Source: Patescibacteria group bacterium (GTDB lineage Bacteria > Patescibacteriota > Doudnabacteria > UBA920 > O2-02-FULL-48-8). Taken from it: DNA of 64,000 nucleotides. The notes beneath the pieces are model-generated. The model worked only from the letters and a program-made list of their open reading frames with translations. It ran no database searches and had not been told where the DNA came from. Of this stretch, positions 1 to 9,649 are shown piece after piece. Position 1 is the stretch's first letter; the number at the start of each line of letters is the position of its first letter. The position numbers and the translations under genes are program-made. The stretch covers positions 91,892 through 155,891 of the forward strand of contig DASUKB010000001.1 in NCBI GenBank assembly GCA_036278915.1, written 5' to 3'.

Positions 1-1863
1 ATCCTTTCCGTGGACGAAGTCAATGACCCAGACATCGTTGCCATAAATGCCGCATCCGCCGCTTTGTCCGGATCCAACATTCCGTTTGAAGGGCCGATTG
101 CAGCCGTGCGCGTGGGCCGGGTCAAGGGCGAATACGTCATCAATCCCAATTACCAGGAGCGCGAAGAAGGCGATTTGGATTTGGTAGTTTCCGGCACCAA
201 GGAGCACATTATGATGGTGGAAGCCGGCGCCAAACAAATCACCGAAGCCGATATGATAGGCGCCATTAAGTTTGCAAAAGATTACCTGTCGCAGCTTTTC
301 GATTTGCAGATGGAACTCATAAACAAAGTCAAAGTCCCCAAAGCCGAAGTCGTATATATTTTGCCGGACAAAGACATTTACGCCGAAGTAGAAAAATCTC
401 AAGCCAAACTTGAGCAGGCTTTGTATGGCACATTCAGCAAAGAGATCCGCGAAAAGCAGGTGGACGAAGTCAAAAAGACAATCGTAGCGGAAATTACCGA
501 AGCGTATAAAGAAAAGCCCGAGATGAACGGGGAGAAAAACGCGAAATTGTCCTTTGACAAACTTCTCAAAAAAACCATCCGCAAAAATATTTTGGAATCA
601 GACAAGCGCATTGATTTGCGCCCGCTCAATGTCACCCGACCCGTGTCTTGCGAAGTTGGGGTGCTCCCGCGCACGCACGGCAGCGCTTTGTTTAACCGCG
701 GCGAAACTCAGATACTTACCACAGTGACTTTGGGCTCGGCTGGCGATGCGCAGATTCTGGACGGCATGGAAGACTTTGGCGTGGACGGCACAGTCAAACG
801 CTACATCCATCACTACAATTTCCCGGGCTACTCCGTGGGCGAAGTTGCTCCTATCCGCGGACCTGGCCGGCGCGAAGTCGGCCACGGTGCTCTGGCTGAG
901 CGCGCGGTGGAAGTGGTCATACCTGACAAAGAAAAGTTCCCGTACACCTTGCGCCTTGTTTCCGAAGCCTTGGGCAGCAACGGTTCTACATCCATGGGTT
1001 CAACCTGCGGTTCAACTCTGGCGCTTATGGATGCCGGCGTGCCAATTACAGATATGATCGGCGGCGTGGCCATGGGACTCATCCTTGATCCTGCCAGCGG
1101 CAAATACAAAGTTCTTACAGACATTCAGGGTATAGAAGACGGCAATGGCGACATGGATTTCAAAGTTACCGGTTCGGACAAAGGCATTACCGCCCTTCAG
1201 ATGGACAACAAGACCAAGGGCCTCACTGTAGAAATTTTGGAAAAGGCTTTGGCGCAGGCGCGCGAAGGCCGCATGCACATTCTGGACGTTATGAAAAAGA
1301 CAATTGATAAGCCGCGCGCGGAAATGTCGCCTCTGGCACCTCGCATCGAGACCATGCAGATTAATCCGGAAAAAATCCGCGACGTCATAGGCTCCGGCGG
1401 CAAGATTATAAACAAAATCATTGCCGACACTGGAGTTAAGATTGACATTGAAGATTCCGGTCTTGTGATGGTTGCCTCAAATAACGCCGAGGGTATGAAA
1501 AAGGCGCTTGAGATAATTCACAATCTGACGCGCGAGATTAAAGTCGGAGAAGTCTTTCACGGCAAAGTCAACCGCATTATGGACTTCGGCGCGTTTGTGG
1601 AACTGACCCCGGGCCACGACGGCCTCTGCCACGTTTCGGAACTTGCCTGGACTCACGTCAACAAAGTTGAAGACGTCGTGCACATCGGCGACGAGCTGGA
1701 CGTCAAAGTCGTGGAAATCGACCACATGGGCCGCATCAACCTTTCGCACAAAGTTTTACTCCCGCGCCCAGAAGGCGGCAGCATCGACGAGAGGCCCAGA
1801 CCTCCGAGAGGACCAGGGCATGACCACGGCCACGGCGGCAGGCATTTTGCATCCAGGCATTAA
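1..1863 (+). CDS. pnp: Polyribonucleotide nucleotidyltransferase (5'-partial)
   Basis: RNase PH motifs ([32 protein letters not shown]), then KH and S1 domains; frame open from window start. Confidence 0.98.
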   Translation: MLSVDEVNDPDIVAINAASAALSGSNIPFEGPIAAVRVGRVKGEYVINPNYQEREEGDLDLVVSGTKEHIMMVEAGAKQITEADMIGAIKFAKDYLSQLFDLQMELINKVKVPKAEVVYILPDKDIYAEVEKSQAKLEQALYGTFSKEIREKQVDEVKKTIVAEITEAYKEKPEMNGEKNAKLSFDKLLKKTIRKNILESDKRIDLRPLNVTRPVSCEVGVLPRTHGSALFNRGETQILTTVTLGSAGDAQILDGMEDFGVDGTVKRYIHHYNFPGYSVGEVAPIRGPGRREVGHGALAERAVEVVIPDKEKFPYTLRLVSEALGSNGSTSMGSTCGSTLALMDAGVPITDMIGGVAMGLILDPASGKYKVLTDIQGIEDGNGDMDFKVTGSDKGITALQMDNKTKGLTVEILEKALAQAREGRMHILDVMKKTIDKPRAEMSPLAPRIETMQINPEKIRDVIGSGGKIINKIIADTGVKIDIEDSGLVMVASNNAEGMKKALEIIHNLTREIKVGEVFHGKVNRIMDFGAFVELTPGHDGLCHVSELAWTHVNKVEDVVHIGDELDVKVVEIDHMGRINLSHKVLLPRPEGGSIDERPRPPRGPGHDHGHGGRHFASRH

Positions 1864-1883
1864 ATTAATTGAAAGGCAATTAA

Positions 1884-2099
1884 GTGAAAAAAATTCTTTG
1901 TTCGAACCTGGGCGGGCCGGCAGACTGCACCACAGTCATCACCGGCAACACCGCACAGGAGATGATCGACAGCGGTTGGAAGCACCTCCAGGAAACGCAT
2001 CCGGAGCAGGCCGAAAACATTATGAAGAACCCAAAAGAAGCCAATGACAAATGGATGGCGGAGTTCAAAGAAAAGTTCGACACTTTGGAAGACATGTAG
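1884..2099 (+). CDS. DUF1059-like small protein
   Basis: C-x-x-LG...C...H-L-x-x-x-H-P pattern, 71 aa; followed by a terminator. Confidence 0.7.
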   Translation: MKKILCSNLGGPADCTTVITGNTAQEMIDSGWKHLQETHPEQAENIMKNPKEANDKWMAEFKEKFDTLEDM

Positions 2100-2107
2100 C
2101 AAAATCC

Positions 2108-2139
2108 AAAACAGTCCAGCAATTTCGCTGGGCTGTTTT
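2108..2139 (+). terminator. Intrinsic terminator (possibly bidirectional)
   Basis: AAAACAGTCCAGC-loop-GCTGGGCTGTTTT. Confidence 0.7.
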
Positions 2140-2196
2140 ATTTGTTTGTTTGGGTTGTTTGTGCAATACTTTTGGCAACAGGAACTGGAGGGCTTT

Positions 2197-2493
2197 ATGT
2201 GGAAACTGCTGCTGTTTTGTTCGTGCCCTCTGCTTGCGTATTGGGCATATGCGTCAAAACGGGCGCAGGACGAAGCCATGGCGACGCAAATACGCGAATG
2301 CGAAGCCTTGATTCTGTGCCATGACATGACCAGCAAAATTTCCGAACTAGCCGACGATCCGGACATAACCGAAAGCACATGGCGGGAATGGTTGCCGGTA
2401 GTAGAGGCTGCTGATGCGGAAATCAGCGCCAAATGCCCACGTCTGGAAATGGCGTCAATTGCGGACTTGGTCTATGCGGTAGTCGCTCATTGA
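2197..2493 (+). CDS. Hypothetical protein with N-terminal hydrophobic segment
   Basis: GGAGG precedes ATG 2197 (MWKLLLFC...); hairpin after the stop. Confidence 0.6.
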   Translation: MWKLLLFCSCPLLAYWAYASKRAQDEAMATQIRECEALILCHDMTSKISELADDPDITESTWREWLPVVEAADAEISAKCPRLEMASIADLVYAVVAH

Positions 2494-2504
2494 TTCTGGA
2501 GCGC

Positions 2505-2534
2505 AGGCACTTCGTTTGAAACGAGGTGCCTTTT
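2505..2534 (+). terminator. Terminator, GGCACTTCG family copy 1
   Basis: AGGCACTTCGTTTGAAACGAGGTGCCTTTT. Confidence 0.75.
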
Positions 2535-2646
2535 GTATTTGCGGCAGTAATTTGGCGAGTTGAGATGTTTTTTTTGAAAGCTTGATTTTTGCAATCGTTA
2601 GTGGCAAAATAGGGCAGATCGGAGTCTGCGTACCCAAGGAGGAGAC

Positions 2647-2976
2647 ATGAGATTGCTTTACTATATTCTTGGCGTGTTCACAATCCCTTGTGCTGTCGTT
2701 GTAATCAACGGGCTTGCACGCCATTTTTTCCGGCGCGAGGACATCAGCGTCGAGGACGCGGTCAGGCTCAATGTGGCCATGAGCCGCCAGATTGAGGATT
2801 TCTTGGCTGACCTTGATATGACTGTAGAGGAATGGAAAGCCACACTCCCGTATTTCGAAGCAGCCGACAGGCTCATACAAGAGACTCTGGATGAGATGCC
2901 TACCCATGTTCGGATGGTTCGGGAAATCATCTCACAGATGGAGGATGGAGAGCTGACTTATCCCACACCCGCATAG
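2647..2976 (+). CDS. Hypothetical protein with N-terminal TM helix
   Basis: AAGGAGG SD; 109 aa; same layout as the preceding gene. Confidence 0.65.
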   Translation: MRLLYYILGVFTIPCAVVVINGLARHFFRREDISVEDAVRLNVAMSRQIEDFLADLDMTVEEWKATLPYFEAADRLIQETLDEMPTHVRMVREIISQMEDGELTYPTPA

Positions 2977-2989
2977 GGCATTCCCGACC

Positions 2990-3020
2990 AAGGCACTTCG
3001 CGCAAACGAGGTGCCTTTTT
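2990..3020 (+). terminator. Terminator, GGCACTTCG family copy 2
   Basis: AAGGCACTTCGCGCAAACGAGGTGCCTTTTT. Confidence 0.75.
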
Positions 3021-3088
3021 GTTTGACGGAGCGCAAGCAAAGTGTATAATTTAAACAAGCGGCACAAGGCCGCTATTTTCTTTTTCAT

Positions 3089-3176
3089 AAAACCCCCCCG
3101 ATTTCGGCAAAGCCGAAATCTGCCCCCTCTTTAATAAAGAGGGGGCGGGTCAGCCCAGGGTCAGCGGGGGAGTTTA
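3089..3176. repeat. Nested palindromic intergenic element
   Basis: GATTTCGGC-AAA-GCCGAAATC and GCCCCCTCTTTA-A-TAAAGAGGGGGC hairpins inside an outer CCCCC/GGGGG stem. Confidence 0.55.
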
Positions 3177-3189
3177 GTAGAATTAATCC

Positions 3190-3714
3190 ATGCCAGAAAT
3201 AAATTTGGAATTTAAATCCGGAAAATCTTACCGCAGACTTGCGATTCGCGTCTTCCCCAGCGGCCGGGTGGTGGTCACCAAACCGCGCAGGCTTAGCGTT
3301 TCCCAGGCGCAATTTTTCGTAGACAAAAAGATGCACTGGATCCGCAAAAAACTGGAATTCTACAAATCCGCGCACGTCTACGACTGGAAAGATTATGTGC
3401 CGGATTTGCCCAAATCCCTGGAATTCGTAAAGGGGAGGCTTGCGCACTTCAACCAGCACTACCAATTTGCCTACGGCATGGTGCGGGTAAAAAATCAGAA
3501 ATCCGTGTGGGGCACGTGCTCTGCCCGCAAAAATCTCAACTTCAATGCCAAAATAATTGCCCTGCCGCCAGAGCAGGCGGACTACATCATAGTCCACGAG
3601 CTTTGCCACACTCGCGAACTAAACCATTCGCAGAAATTTTGGGATTTGGTAGCCGAGCAAATCCCAGACTACAAACGCATCAAACAAGAGCTAAAACTAT
3701 ACTCTTTCGACTGA
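3190..3714 (+). CDS. YgjP/M48-like zinc metallohydrolase (DUF45)
   Basis: WGTCS, YIIVHELCH and NHSQKFW motifs. Confidence 0.9.
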   Translation: MPEINLEFKSGKSYRRLAIRVFPSGRVVVTKPRRLSVSQAQFFVDKKMHWIRKKLEFYKSAHVYDWKDYVPDLPKSLEFVKGRLAHFNQHYQFAYGMVRVKNQKSVWGTCSARKNLNFNAKIIALPPEQADYIIVHELCHTRELNHSQKFWDLVAEQIPDYKRIKQELKLYSFD

Positions 3715-3809
3715 TTTTCAGGCAGCCTGTCCGCCGAAGCTCGATAAGTTGGAAGCTTTACGCGAAGGCGGATTCGTGGCAAACTATGCCGGCAAGGAGG
3801 ATTTAGTAT

Positions 3810-4220
3810 ATGGCTACTCCGGAGTGGGATAAGCTGCTTTCTGCAGCCAACAAGGCGAGATTCAACGCCTATGCGCCTTACTCGGAATTTCTGGTGGGCG
3901 CTTCGGTACAGACAGTCGGCGGCGAAATTTTTTCCGGCTGTAACGTGGAGAACGCTTCCTACGGCCTCACCATCTGTGCCGAGCGCACGGCGCTGGTGAA
4001 AATGGTGTCCGAGATTGCCTTTCCGGTACTTGCGGCTGTCTGCGTCGTACTCAAGGGTGGCCACATGAAAGGCGGATCCCCTTGCGGCGCCTGCCGGCAG
4101 TTTATATGGGAGTTCTGCCGAGGCAACGAGGATGTGCCGGTGCTTATGACCGATCCGGATGACACCGGCAGAAGGTACAGCACTATCGGCCAACTGCTCC
4201 CCGAAGCGTTTGTGTTGTAA
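3810..4220 (+). CDS. cdd: Cytidine deaminase
   Basis: AYAPYSEF, GCNVENASYGLTICAER, SPCGACRQ. Confidence 0.95.
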   Translation: MATPEWDKLLSAANKARFNAYAPYSEFLVGASVQTVGGEIFSGCNVENASYGLTICAERTALVKMVSEIAFPVLAAVCVVLKGGHMKGGSPCGACRQFIWEFCRGNEDVPVLMTDPDDTGRRYSTIGQLLPEAFVL

Positions 4221-4230
4221 AACAACCCTA

Positions 4231-4263
4231 AGGGCACTTCGTCTCAGACGCGGTGCCTCTTTT
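4231..4263 (+). terminator. Terminator, GGCACTTCG family copy 3
   Basis: AGGGCACTTCGTCTCAGACGCGGTGCCTCTTTT. Confidence 0.7.
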
Positions 4264-4629
4264 ATTTGGGTCAAAAAAATTTACAATTTATCATTTATAA
4301 TTTCTAATTTCTCATCTTTCGTCTGCACGAGGTACAAAAAAACAGTCCAGGCTTTCGCTGAACTGTTATCATGTTTTCGCAATCCTCGTTTGTTGCGCTG
4401 CGGCCGGGCAGTAGGAGGCCTTATTCACCTCAACAGGTGCTTTTTGTCACGGGACTAGGTAGTCATTCCTCGGTCCCCACGACATCCATCCGATCCACTT
4501 CCCGGATGTTTTGACAAAAATGAGCTCTAGGCGATTTTTCACGCCATACCCTCCAACCCGGCCCCAAGCGCTTTGTTCACAAATATGTTACCTCGAAATC
4601 CCAAACTCCGCAACGAAAGCTTATCAGGT

Positions 4630-4657
4630 TAATTCCCCACACCCGTATGGGGCGCTA
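4630..4657 (+). repeat. 28-bp dif/lox-like site 1
   Basis: TAATTCCCCA-CACCCGTA-TGGGGCGCTA. Confidence 0.6.
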
Positions 4658-4666
4658 AAAACGAGT

Positions 4667-4694
4667 TGACAGTGGATGCTTTTAGATGTAGGAT
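4667..4694 (+). promoter_or_regulatory. Sigma70-type promoter
   Basis: TTGACA ... TAGGAT about 105 nt upstream of ORF 4802. Confidence 0.5.
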
Positions 4695-4801
4695 CAGGGT
4701 GTTCGAAATCCACAAGGAGATCATAGCTAGGTCACGCAGACCGAGGTTATTCAGGTTCTTCCTGTGAAATCCTTGATGGGTTTCACTAAAAAGGAGGAGT
4801 T

Positions 4802-5044
4802 ATGAGTTACTCTCCGGTCTCAATATGCATCTATTGCATGTTGCGTAGATTTTGGCAGGTGGATCGTCGCGGGCTGAACAAGCTCGAGGCGATGGGCATC
4901 CTCACGGTTGCCACCATTTGTCAAAAGACTCGCCGCGACCTCAGGCAGATACGAGGTGTGGGCAATCTGACGATTGCGGAGGTTGAGCGAATACTCGCCA
5001 TCTTCAACGAGAAGTTGAAAGAAGATCTTCCACTCTTCAGATAA
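4802..5044 (+). CDS. Stand-alone RNA polymerase alpha C-terminal-domain-like protein
   Basis: LNKLEAMGILTVATICQKTRRDLRQIRGVGNLTIAEVERIL resembles the alphaCTD HhH pattern; AAGGAGG SD; terminator 5053-5080. Confidence 0.7.
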   Translation: MSYSPVSICIYCMLRRFWQVDRRGLNKLEAMGILTVATICQKTRRDLRQIRGVGNLTIAEVERILAIFNEKLKEDLPLFR

Positions 5045-5159
5045 CCCTACCCGAAGGCGCTCGCCCTTTGAGCGCCTTTTTCTTTTTGTGTCAAGAGACT
5101 AGGGTCTTGACCTTAGGATTGCTCAGGTCTACGTTTTAGTTGTAATTAACAATAACCAT

Positions 5160-5720
5160 ATGAGTCCCTATAGTCCCCAATATCATAATAGTTCTTGGTT
5201 TGGTGACTGGTGGTGGGTGATAGTCCTTGTGATTGTAGGAATTGCTGCCGCAATATATTTAATTTACACGGAGCTTGGCCGACGACATTCAACACGTTTA
5301 TTTTTGCGGAACCAAAAAGTACCACAAATAATGAAAGACCTCACTCCCTTGTCCTTTGAAATTTGGGTGAGGGGATTATTTATAAATATTGGAGCAGACG
5401 CCATACTTTCCAAACGAGAATCAAAAACCGGTTTTGATCACGGGATTGATTTAGTCGCGCATTACAAAGGTCAGAAAATTTGTATTCAATGCAAGAAATA
5501 TTTCCCGAACAGATTGGTCGATGAAACAATTTTGCGAGATTTATATGGAGCAATGGAGTATGGCAAATACGACAAAGCGGTACTTGTCACCACCAGCAGT
5601 TTTACTCGCCGCGCGCGAGAGTGGGCGGAGAAGGCTGATGATATGATTTTGATAAACGGTGAACTCCTCCAAAAGATGCGAGACAATACAGGAATCCTGA
5701 TAAACCTTTTAAATAAATAA
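5160..5720 (+). CDS. Mrr-like restriction endonuclease with N-terminal TM helix
   Basis: FE...DHGIDL...IQCKKY...LVTTSSFT (Mrr_cat pattern). Confidence 0.85.
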   Translation: MSPYSPQYHNSSWFGDWWWVIVLVIVGIAAAIYLIYTELGRRHSTRLFLRNQKVPQIMKDLTPLSFEIWVRGLFINIGADAILSKRESKTGFDHGIDLVAHYKGQKICIQCKKYFPNRLVDETILRDLYGAMEYGKYDKAVLVTTSSFTRRAREWAEKADDMILINGELLQKMRDNTGILINLLNK

Positions 5721-5745
5721 CGCCCCACACTCCTATGGGGCGTTA
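5718..5745 (+). repeat. 28-bp dif/lox-like site 2
   Basis: TAACGCCCCA-CACTCCTA-TGGGGCGTTA; perfect 10-bp inverted arms; begins with the stop codon of the upstream gene. Confidence 0.6.
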
Positions 5746-5884
5746 AAATTTGACAAAATGCCCATTTGGCTATAAACTTTAGGAAAGATATAATTTTTTA
5801 GAGCGGCTTTTGCCGCTTTTTTTGTCTTAATTCCATATTGCCCTTGACGTCTTTTTTTGCCTATAGTAATATTTTATTACCTAT

Positions 5885-6211
5885 ATGCAAATAAGTAAAC
5901 TAGTCAAAAATTTAAGAGACCAAAGTGAGTTCACACTCGACGTTCTAGCAAAGAAGACCGGGTTATCTGCAGGTTTTCTATCTAGATTAGAAAAGGGCAA
6001 TTACGATAACAAGAACATACAATTGGAGACAATTATACGCTTGGCGAATGGTTTGGGACAAAAGTTAAAAGATTTTTTGGACAACTTGCAGATTATAGAC
6101 CAGAATGAATTACCTCCTTTGAATCTATACCTGAGAGAAAAGTATAAGATAAAAAAAGATTCAGATATAAAAACTATCGAAGACATAATTAATAAGTTTA
6201 CTGATGAGTAA
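5885..6211 (+). CDS. XRE-family HTH regulator
   Basis: LDVLAKKTGLSAGFLSRLEKG HTH. Confidence 0.9.
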   Translation: MQISKLVKNLRDQSEFTLDVLAKKTGLSAGFLSRLEKGNYDNKNIQLETIIRLANGLGQKLKDFLDNLQIIDQNELPPLNLYLREKYKIKKDSDIKTIEDIINKFTDE

Positions 6212-6776
6212 TTCCATAATACAAACTATAAATTCTGATGCAGAAAAAATCGCTGCAGCAATAATAGACTCGATCAATTATGGAGAAAATCCGCCACTTG
6301 GAAAGTTAATTGGTTGGTTAGAAGATAATCTACGCTCTCAGATTGATCTTAAACATATCGATTTGGGTTCTACTCCTGTTTGCGGTCTCACGTATCATGT
6401 TTTTTCAAAAGATATGTATGTGGTCCGTGTTGACAAAACCAATCCATACACAAGACAAAAATTTACGGTTGCTCACGAACTAGGACACATAATAGGAGAC
6501 TTGCAGTTAACAGCTATAGCTGGTTATTTCGACGGCGAATTGGAAAATGTAAAAAGTGGTTTGGAAAGATTTTGCAATAGATTTGCCGCAGCTTATTTAA
6601 TGCCACCAGAAATATTTAAAAGGATTTGGTCCATGTCTGGAGATAAGAATTCAACACAAATAACGAAGATGCTTTATGTTGCTTCAAGATTTGGTGTTTC
6701 CGAAGAGGCGGCCAGGTATAGAGCTATCGAACTTGGATTACTAAATTACAGTAAACGGGACAACGACCGAAATTAG
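6204..6776 (+). CDS. ImmA/IrrE-family metallopeptidase
   Basis: RQKFTVAHELGH, ERFCNRFAAAYLMP, FGVSEEAARYR. Confidence 0.9.
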   Translation: MSNSIIQTINSDAEKIAAAIIDSINYGENPPLGKLIGWLEDNLRSQIDLKHIDLGSTPVCGLTYHVFSKDMYVVRVDKTNPYTRQKFTVAHELGHIIGDLQLTAIAGYFDGELENVKSGLERFCNRFAAAYLMPPEIFKRIWSMSGDKNSTQITKMLYVASRFGVSEEAARYRAIELGLLNYSKRDNDRN

Positions 6777-6800
6777 CGTTGTAGAAAGGACGAAACAAAA

Positions 6801-7091
6801 ATGATCAGAATTACTTGTATCAACAAAGATAACGGTAATCATGAAAACCCACATTTGGCCATTACCTACTTAGGTTGGATAGAAGACGGTACTAATGCGG
6901 TAGGAAAATGGGCTCGATTACAGTTATATAGATGGATCAAGGAGCAAGGCGGGATTGCGTATGTTATGGATGCTATTAAGAACCGCGTATACGTAAAACC
7001 TGCCGTTTCTGTAATGGGGAATCCTTATGTTCGGACTGAATCCGATGGCAAGGTTACAAATAATTTACTCTCGTTAATTGAGTGTAAATAG
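6801..7091 (+). CDS. DUF3892-like protein
   Basis: MIRITCINK...YVRTESDGKVTNNLLSL pattern. Confidence 0.8.
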   Translation: MIRITCINKDNGNHENPHLAITYLGWIEDGTNAVGKWARLQLYRWIKEQGGIAYVMDAIKNRVYVKPAVSVMGNPYVRTESDGKVTNNLLSLIECK

Positions 7092-7190
7092 CAAAGACCC
7101 GAATATAATTCGGGTCCATACTCGAATTATATCACAAAAAGCGGCACTAGTGCCGCTTTTTGCTTTTTTGAATTAAAAATGTCAAAATAA

Positions 7191-8042
7191 ATGAAAGATT
7201 TAAATCAACTAGCCTTGAAATTAAAGACCAAAATTGACGCCCAGCCCTTTATAAAGTGGGCTGGCGGTAAAAGACAGCTTTTAGATGAGCTTGAGAAGCA
7301 CAAGCCTAAATGGTTCAATAGATACTTTGAACCATTTGTTGGCGGTGGAGCTTTATATTTTCGGATTCAGCCAGGGCAAAGTTTTCTGTCGGATATAAAT
7401 CCTGAATTAGTAAATCTATATTTAATAATTCAAAGTAAAGTTGATGAATTAATTTCTGAACTCAAAAAATTAAAAGTATCGGAGAAAGAATTTTATAAAA
7501 TAAGAAATATTGACAGAAAACCGGAATATAGAGAATGGAATAACATAAAAAAAGCTGCAAGATTTATATATCTAAATAAAACTTGCTTTAATGGATTGTA
7601 CAGAATGAACTCCAAAGGCCATTTTAATGTTCCTTATGGTAACCAAAACAATCCAAAAATTCTTGACGAATATAATCTCCGGCAAGTAAATAAATTATTG
7701 CAAAATTCTGATATCAAATGTCAATCCTATTCTGGAATAGAAAAAAATGTAAAGAAAGGTGACTTTGTCTACTTTGATCCTCCTTATGCTCCATTAAACA
7801 AATCTTCTTTTACGAAGTACTTTAAAGACGATTTTGATATTAAAATGCAGGTTGATCTACGAGATTTATGCGACCGTTTAGATAAAAAGGGTGTTTATTT
7901 TATGATTTCAAATTCTCATACATCCTTGATTTTTGGATTGTATAAAAACTATGATATCAAGGTAGTTGACGCAATCAGAGCTATCAACTGCAAGGGTTCT
8001 GGTAGAGGAAAAGTGAAGGAAGTCTTAATAACGAATTACTGA
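7191..8042 (+). CDS. Dam-family N6-adenine DNA methyltransferase
   Basis: PFIKWAGGK, EPFVGGGA, FNGLYR, DPPY. Confidence 0.95.
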   Translation: MKDLNQLALKLKTKIDAQPFIKWAGGKRQLLDELEKHKPKWFNRYFEPFVGGGALYFRIQPGQSFLSDINPELVNLYLIIQSKVDELISELKKLKVSEKEFYKIRNIDRKPEYREWNNIKKAARFIYLNKTCFNGLYRMNSKGHFNVPYGNQNNPKILDEYNLRQVNKLLQNSDIKCQSYSGIEKNVKKGDFVYFDPPYAPLNKSSFTKYFKDDFDIKMQVDLRDLCDRLDKKGVYFMISNSHTSLIFGLYKNYDIKVVDAIRAINCKGSGRGKVKEVLITNY

Positions 8043-8043
8043 A

Positions 8044-9297
8044 ATGTCCAACCGAGAACTATGGTCAAAGGTGTTTGAAATAAAAAAATTTGATCTAAAT
8101 AAAGATATTCATTTTATTACCGCAAAGGAGATAAAGCAGATCACTGGCCAAGAGCCAAGGAATATGGCTAAGATGGATAGCACTGCAGATCTGCCGTCTA
8201 TTTTCAAAAATAACGGTTATTTTTTATTACCAATTGAAAATGGGAGATATGAAATTATACGAGGTGAGGGATATCATAAATTAGAAAAAAATAAAAAGAC
8301 AGGTGAATATGATGCAGATATTAAATTTTCTATTACGACTGCTGCCAGGGGTGCAAGTGAGATGGAATATTTAGATTACTCAATTTATACAGGAGTGCTT
8401 GAGAAAATTTTGGGTCTAGGTTCCATGTACCCATCCATCCGAGGGCGTGGCCGAAGCCGAAGTTTTAATTTTTTTGTTAACCGTCATCAAGTGGATGTTT
8501 CAGGTGTCCAACTGGAAGTAGATTCAGGTTTAGAAGCGGAGCATGCCATAGTTCTTATTGAAGCCAAAATGGAGACTCCTGAGGATTTTATTGTCCGACA
8601 ACTTTATTATCCATATAGACATTTTGGCTTGATCTCGCCTTATAAAAAAATTGTCCCAACTTTTTTTACTTATGATTTAGGCAATAAAGTTTATAAATAT
8701 TGGGTTTATGATTTTAAAAACGATGTAGATTACAATTCTATATATTTAAAATCCGTCCATGCTTTTAAAATCATAAGTACCGAACCAGTGGAACTAAGCG
8801 AGCTAAAACCTTTGGAAAACACGCAGATCGCTGATATTCCACAGGCCAATGATCTTGATAAAATTATAACTATGGTTTTTGGTGTTAATGAAAAGATTGA
8901 TGATTATAAAAAAATTGCAAAATATTTTGAGTTTAATGAGCGTCAGAGTAGCTACTATAGACAGGCTGCTGAGTCTTTAGGGTTAATCTCTTCTCATAAA
9001 GGTAAGTATTATCTTACCGATAAAGGGCAGAAATTGATTAAATTGTCTACTTCTGAGAGAAATATATTTTTTATTAAGCTCATCTCGGAATACGAGCTTG
9101 TGAAAAGTAGTTTGGATATTCTTCAGCATAAGTCGGTTTTGACCGATGGAGATTTAGTTAAGCTTGTCCGCCAAAACCATAAAATAAGTGGCAGCACTGT
9201 TATCCGACGCGCTCAATCATTGAAATCTTGGTTAAATTGGATCGCTGAGAGGACAAATACGTTTATAAAAGAAGATAACAAATTTATAGTCTCATAA
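8044..9297 (+). CDS. Putative type II restriction endonuclease (PD-(D/E)XK) with C-terminal helical domain
   Basis: QLEVDSG...IEAK...RQLYYPY; directly follows the MTase. Confidence 0.75.
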   Translation: MSNRELWSKVFEIKKFDLNKDIHFITAKEIKQITGQEPRNMAKMDSTADLPSIFKNNGYFLLPIENGRYEIIRGEGYHKLEKNKKTGEYDADIKFSITTAARGASEMEYLDYSIYTGVLEKILGLGSMYPSIRGRGRSRSFNFFVNRHQVDVSGVQLEVDSGLEAEHAIVLIEAKMETPEDFIVRQLYYPYRHFGLISPYKKIVPTFFTYDLGNKVYKYWVYDFKNDVDYNSIYLKSVHAFKIISTEPVELSELKPLENTQIADIPQANDLDKIITMVFGVNEKIDDYKKIAKYFEFNERQSSYYRQAAESLGLISSHKGKYYLTDKGQKLIKLSTSERNIFFIKLISEYELVKSSLDILQHKSVLTDGDLVKLVRQNHKISGSTVIRRAQSLKSWLNWIAERTNTFIKEDNKFIVS

Positions 9298-9319
9298 TTT
9301 TATCCAATAATTTAAATCT

Positions 9320-9649
9320 ATGTCCAATTTGATGTATTTGGTTATCGGAATTGTGGTTGGGTATGTGATTGCCAGGGTTCAGCGCAATTTTGCTGCAAGA
9401 AAAGATTCTTCGCCTGCGGCTCAGAATGATAATTCTCTCAATCAACAACGGGCCGTGGAGCATCAGGCACATCTCGATAAAATTCTTGCAAGTTTCAATT
9501 CTGGAGATGAGATTACCAATGACAAAGTCCAGGCGTTGCTTGGGGTTTCTGATACAACTACTGGTAGATATTTGGAAGAACTAGAGAAGCAGGGGAAGCT
9601 GCAACAGATCGGTACTTTGGGGAAATATGTTAAATATCGAAAAATCTAA
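9320..9649 (+). CDS. Membrane-anchored winged-HTH protein
   Basis: N-terminal TM helix; ITNDKVQALLGVSDTTTGRYLEELEKQGKL. Confidence 0.75.
   Translation: MSNLMYLVIGIVVGYVIARVQRNFAARKDSSPAAQNDNSLNQQRAVEHQAHLDKILASFNSGDEITNDKVQALLGVSDTTTGRYLEELEKQGKLQQIGTLGKYVKYRKI

Noticed and set aside
2977-2990. GGCATTCCCGACCA resembling the tRNA-Pro 3' end (possible att site)
   Set aside because: Short, imperfect, 40 kb away, with core genes in between and no integrase.
4390-4500. tmRNA, SRP or RNase P RNA
   Set aside because: No diagnostic motifs recognised on either strand.
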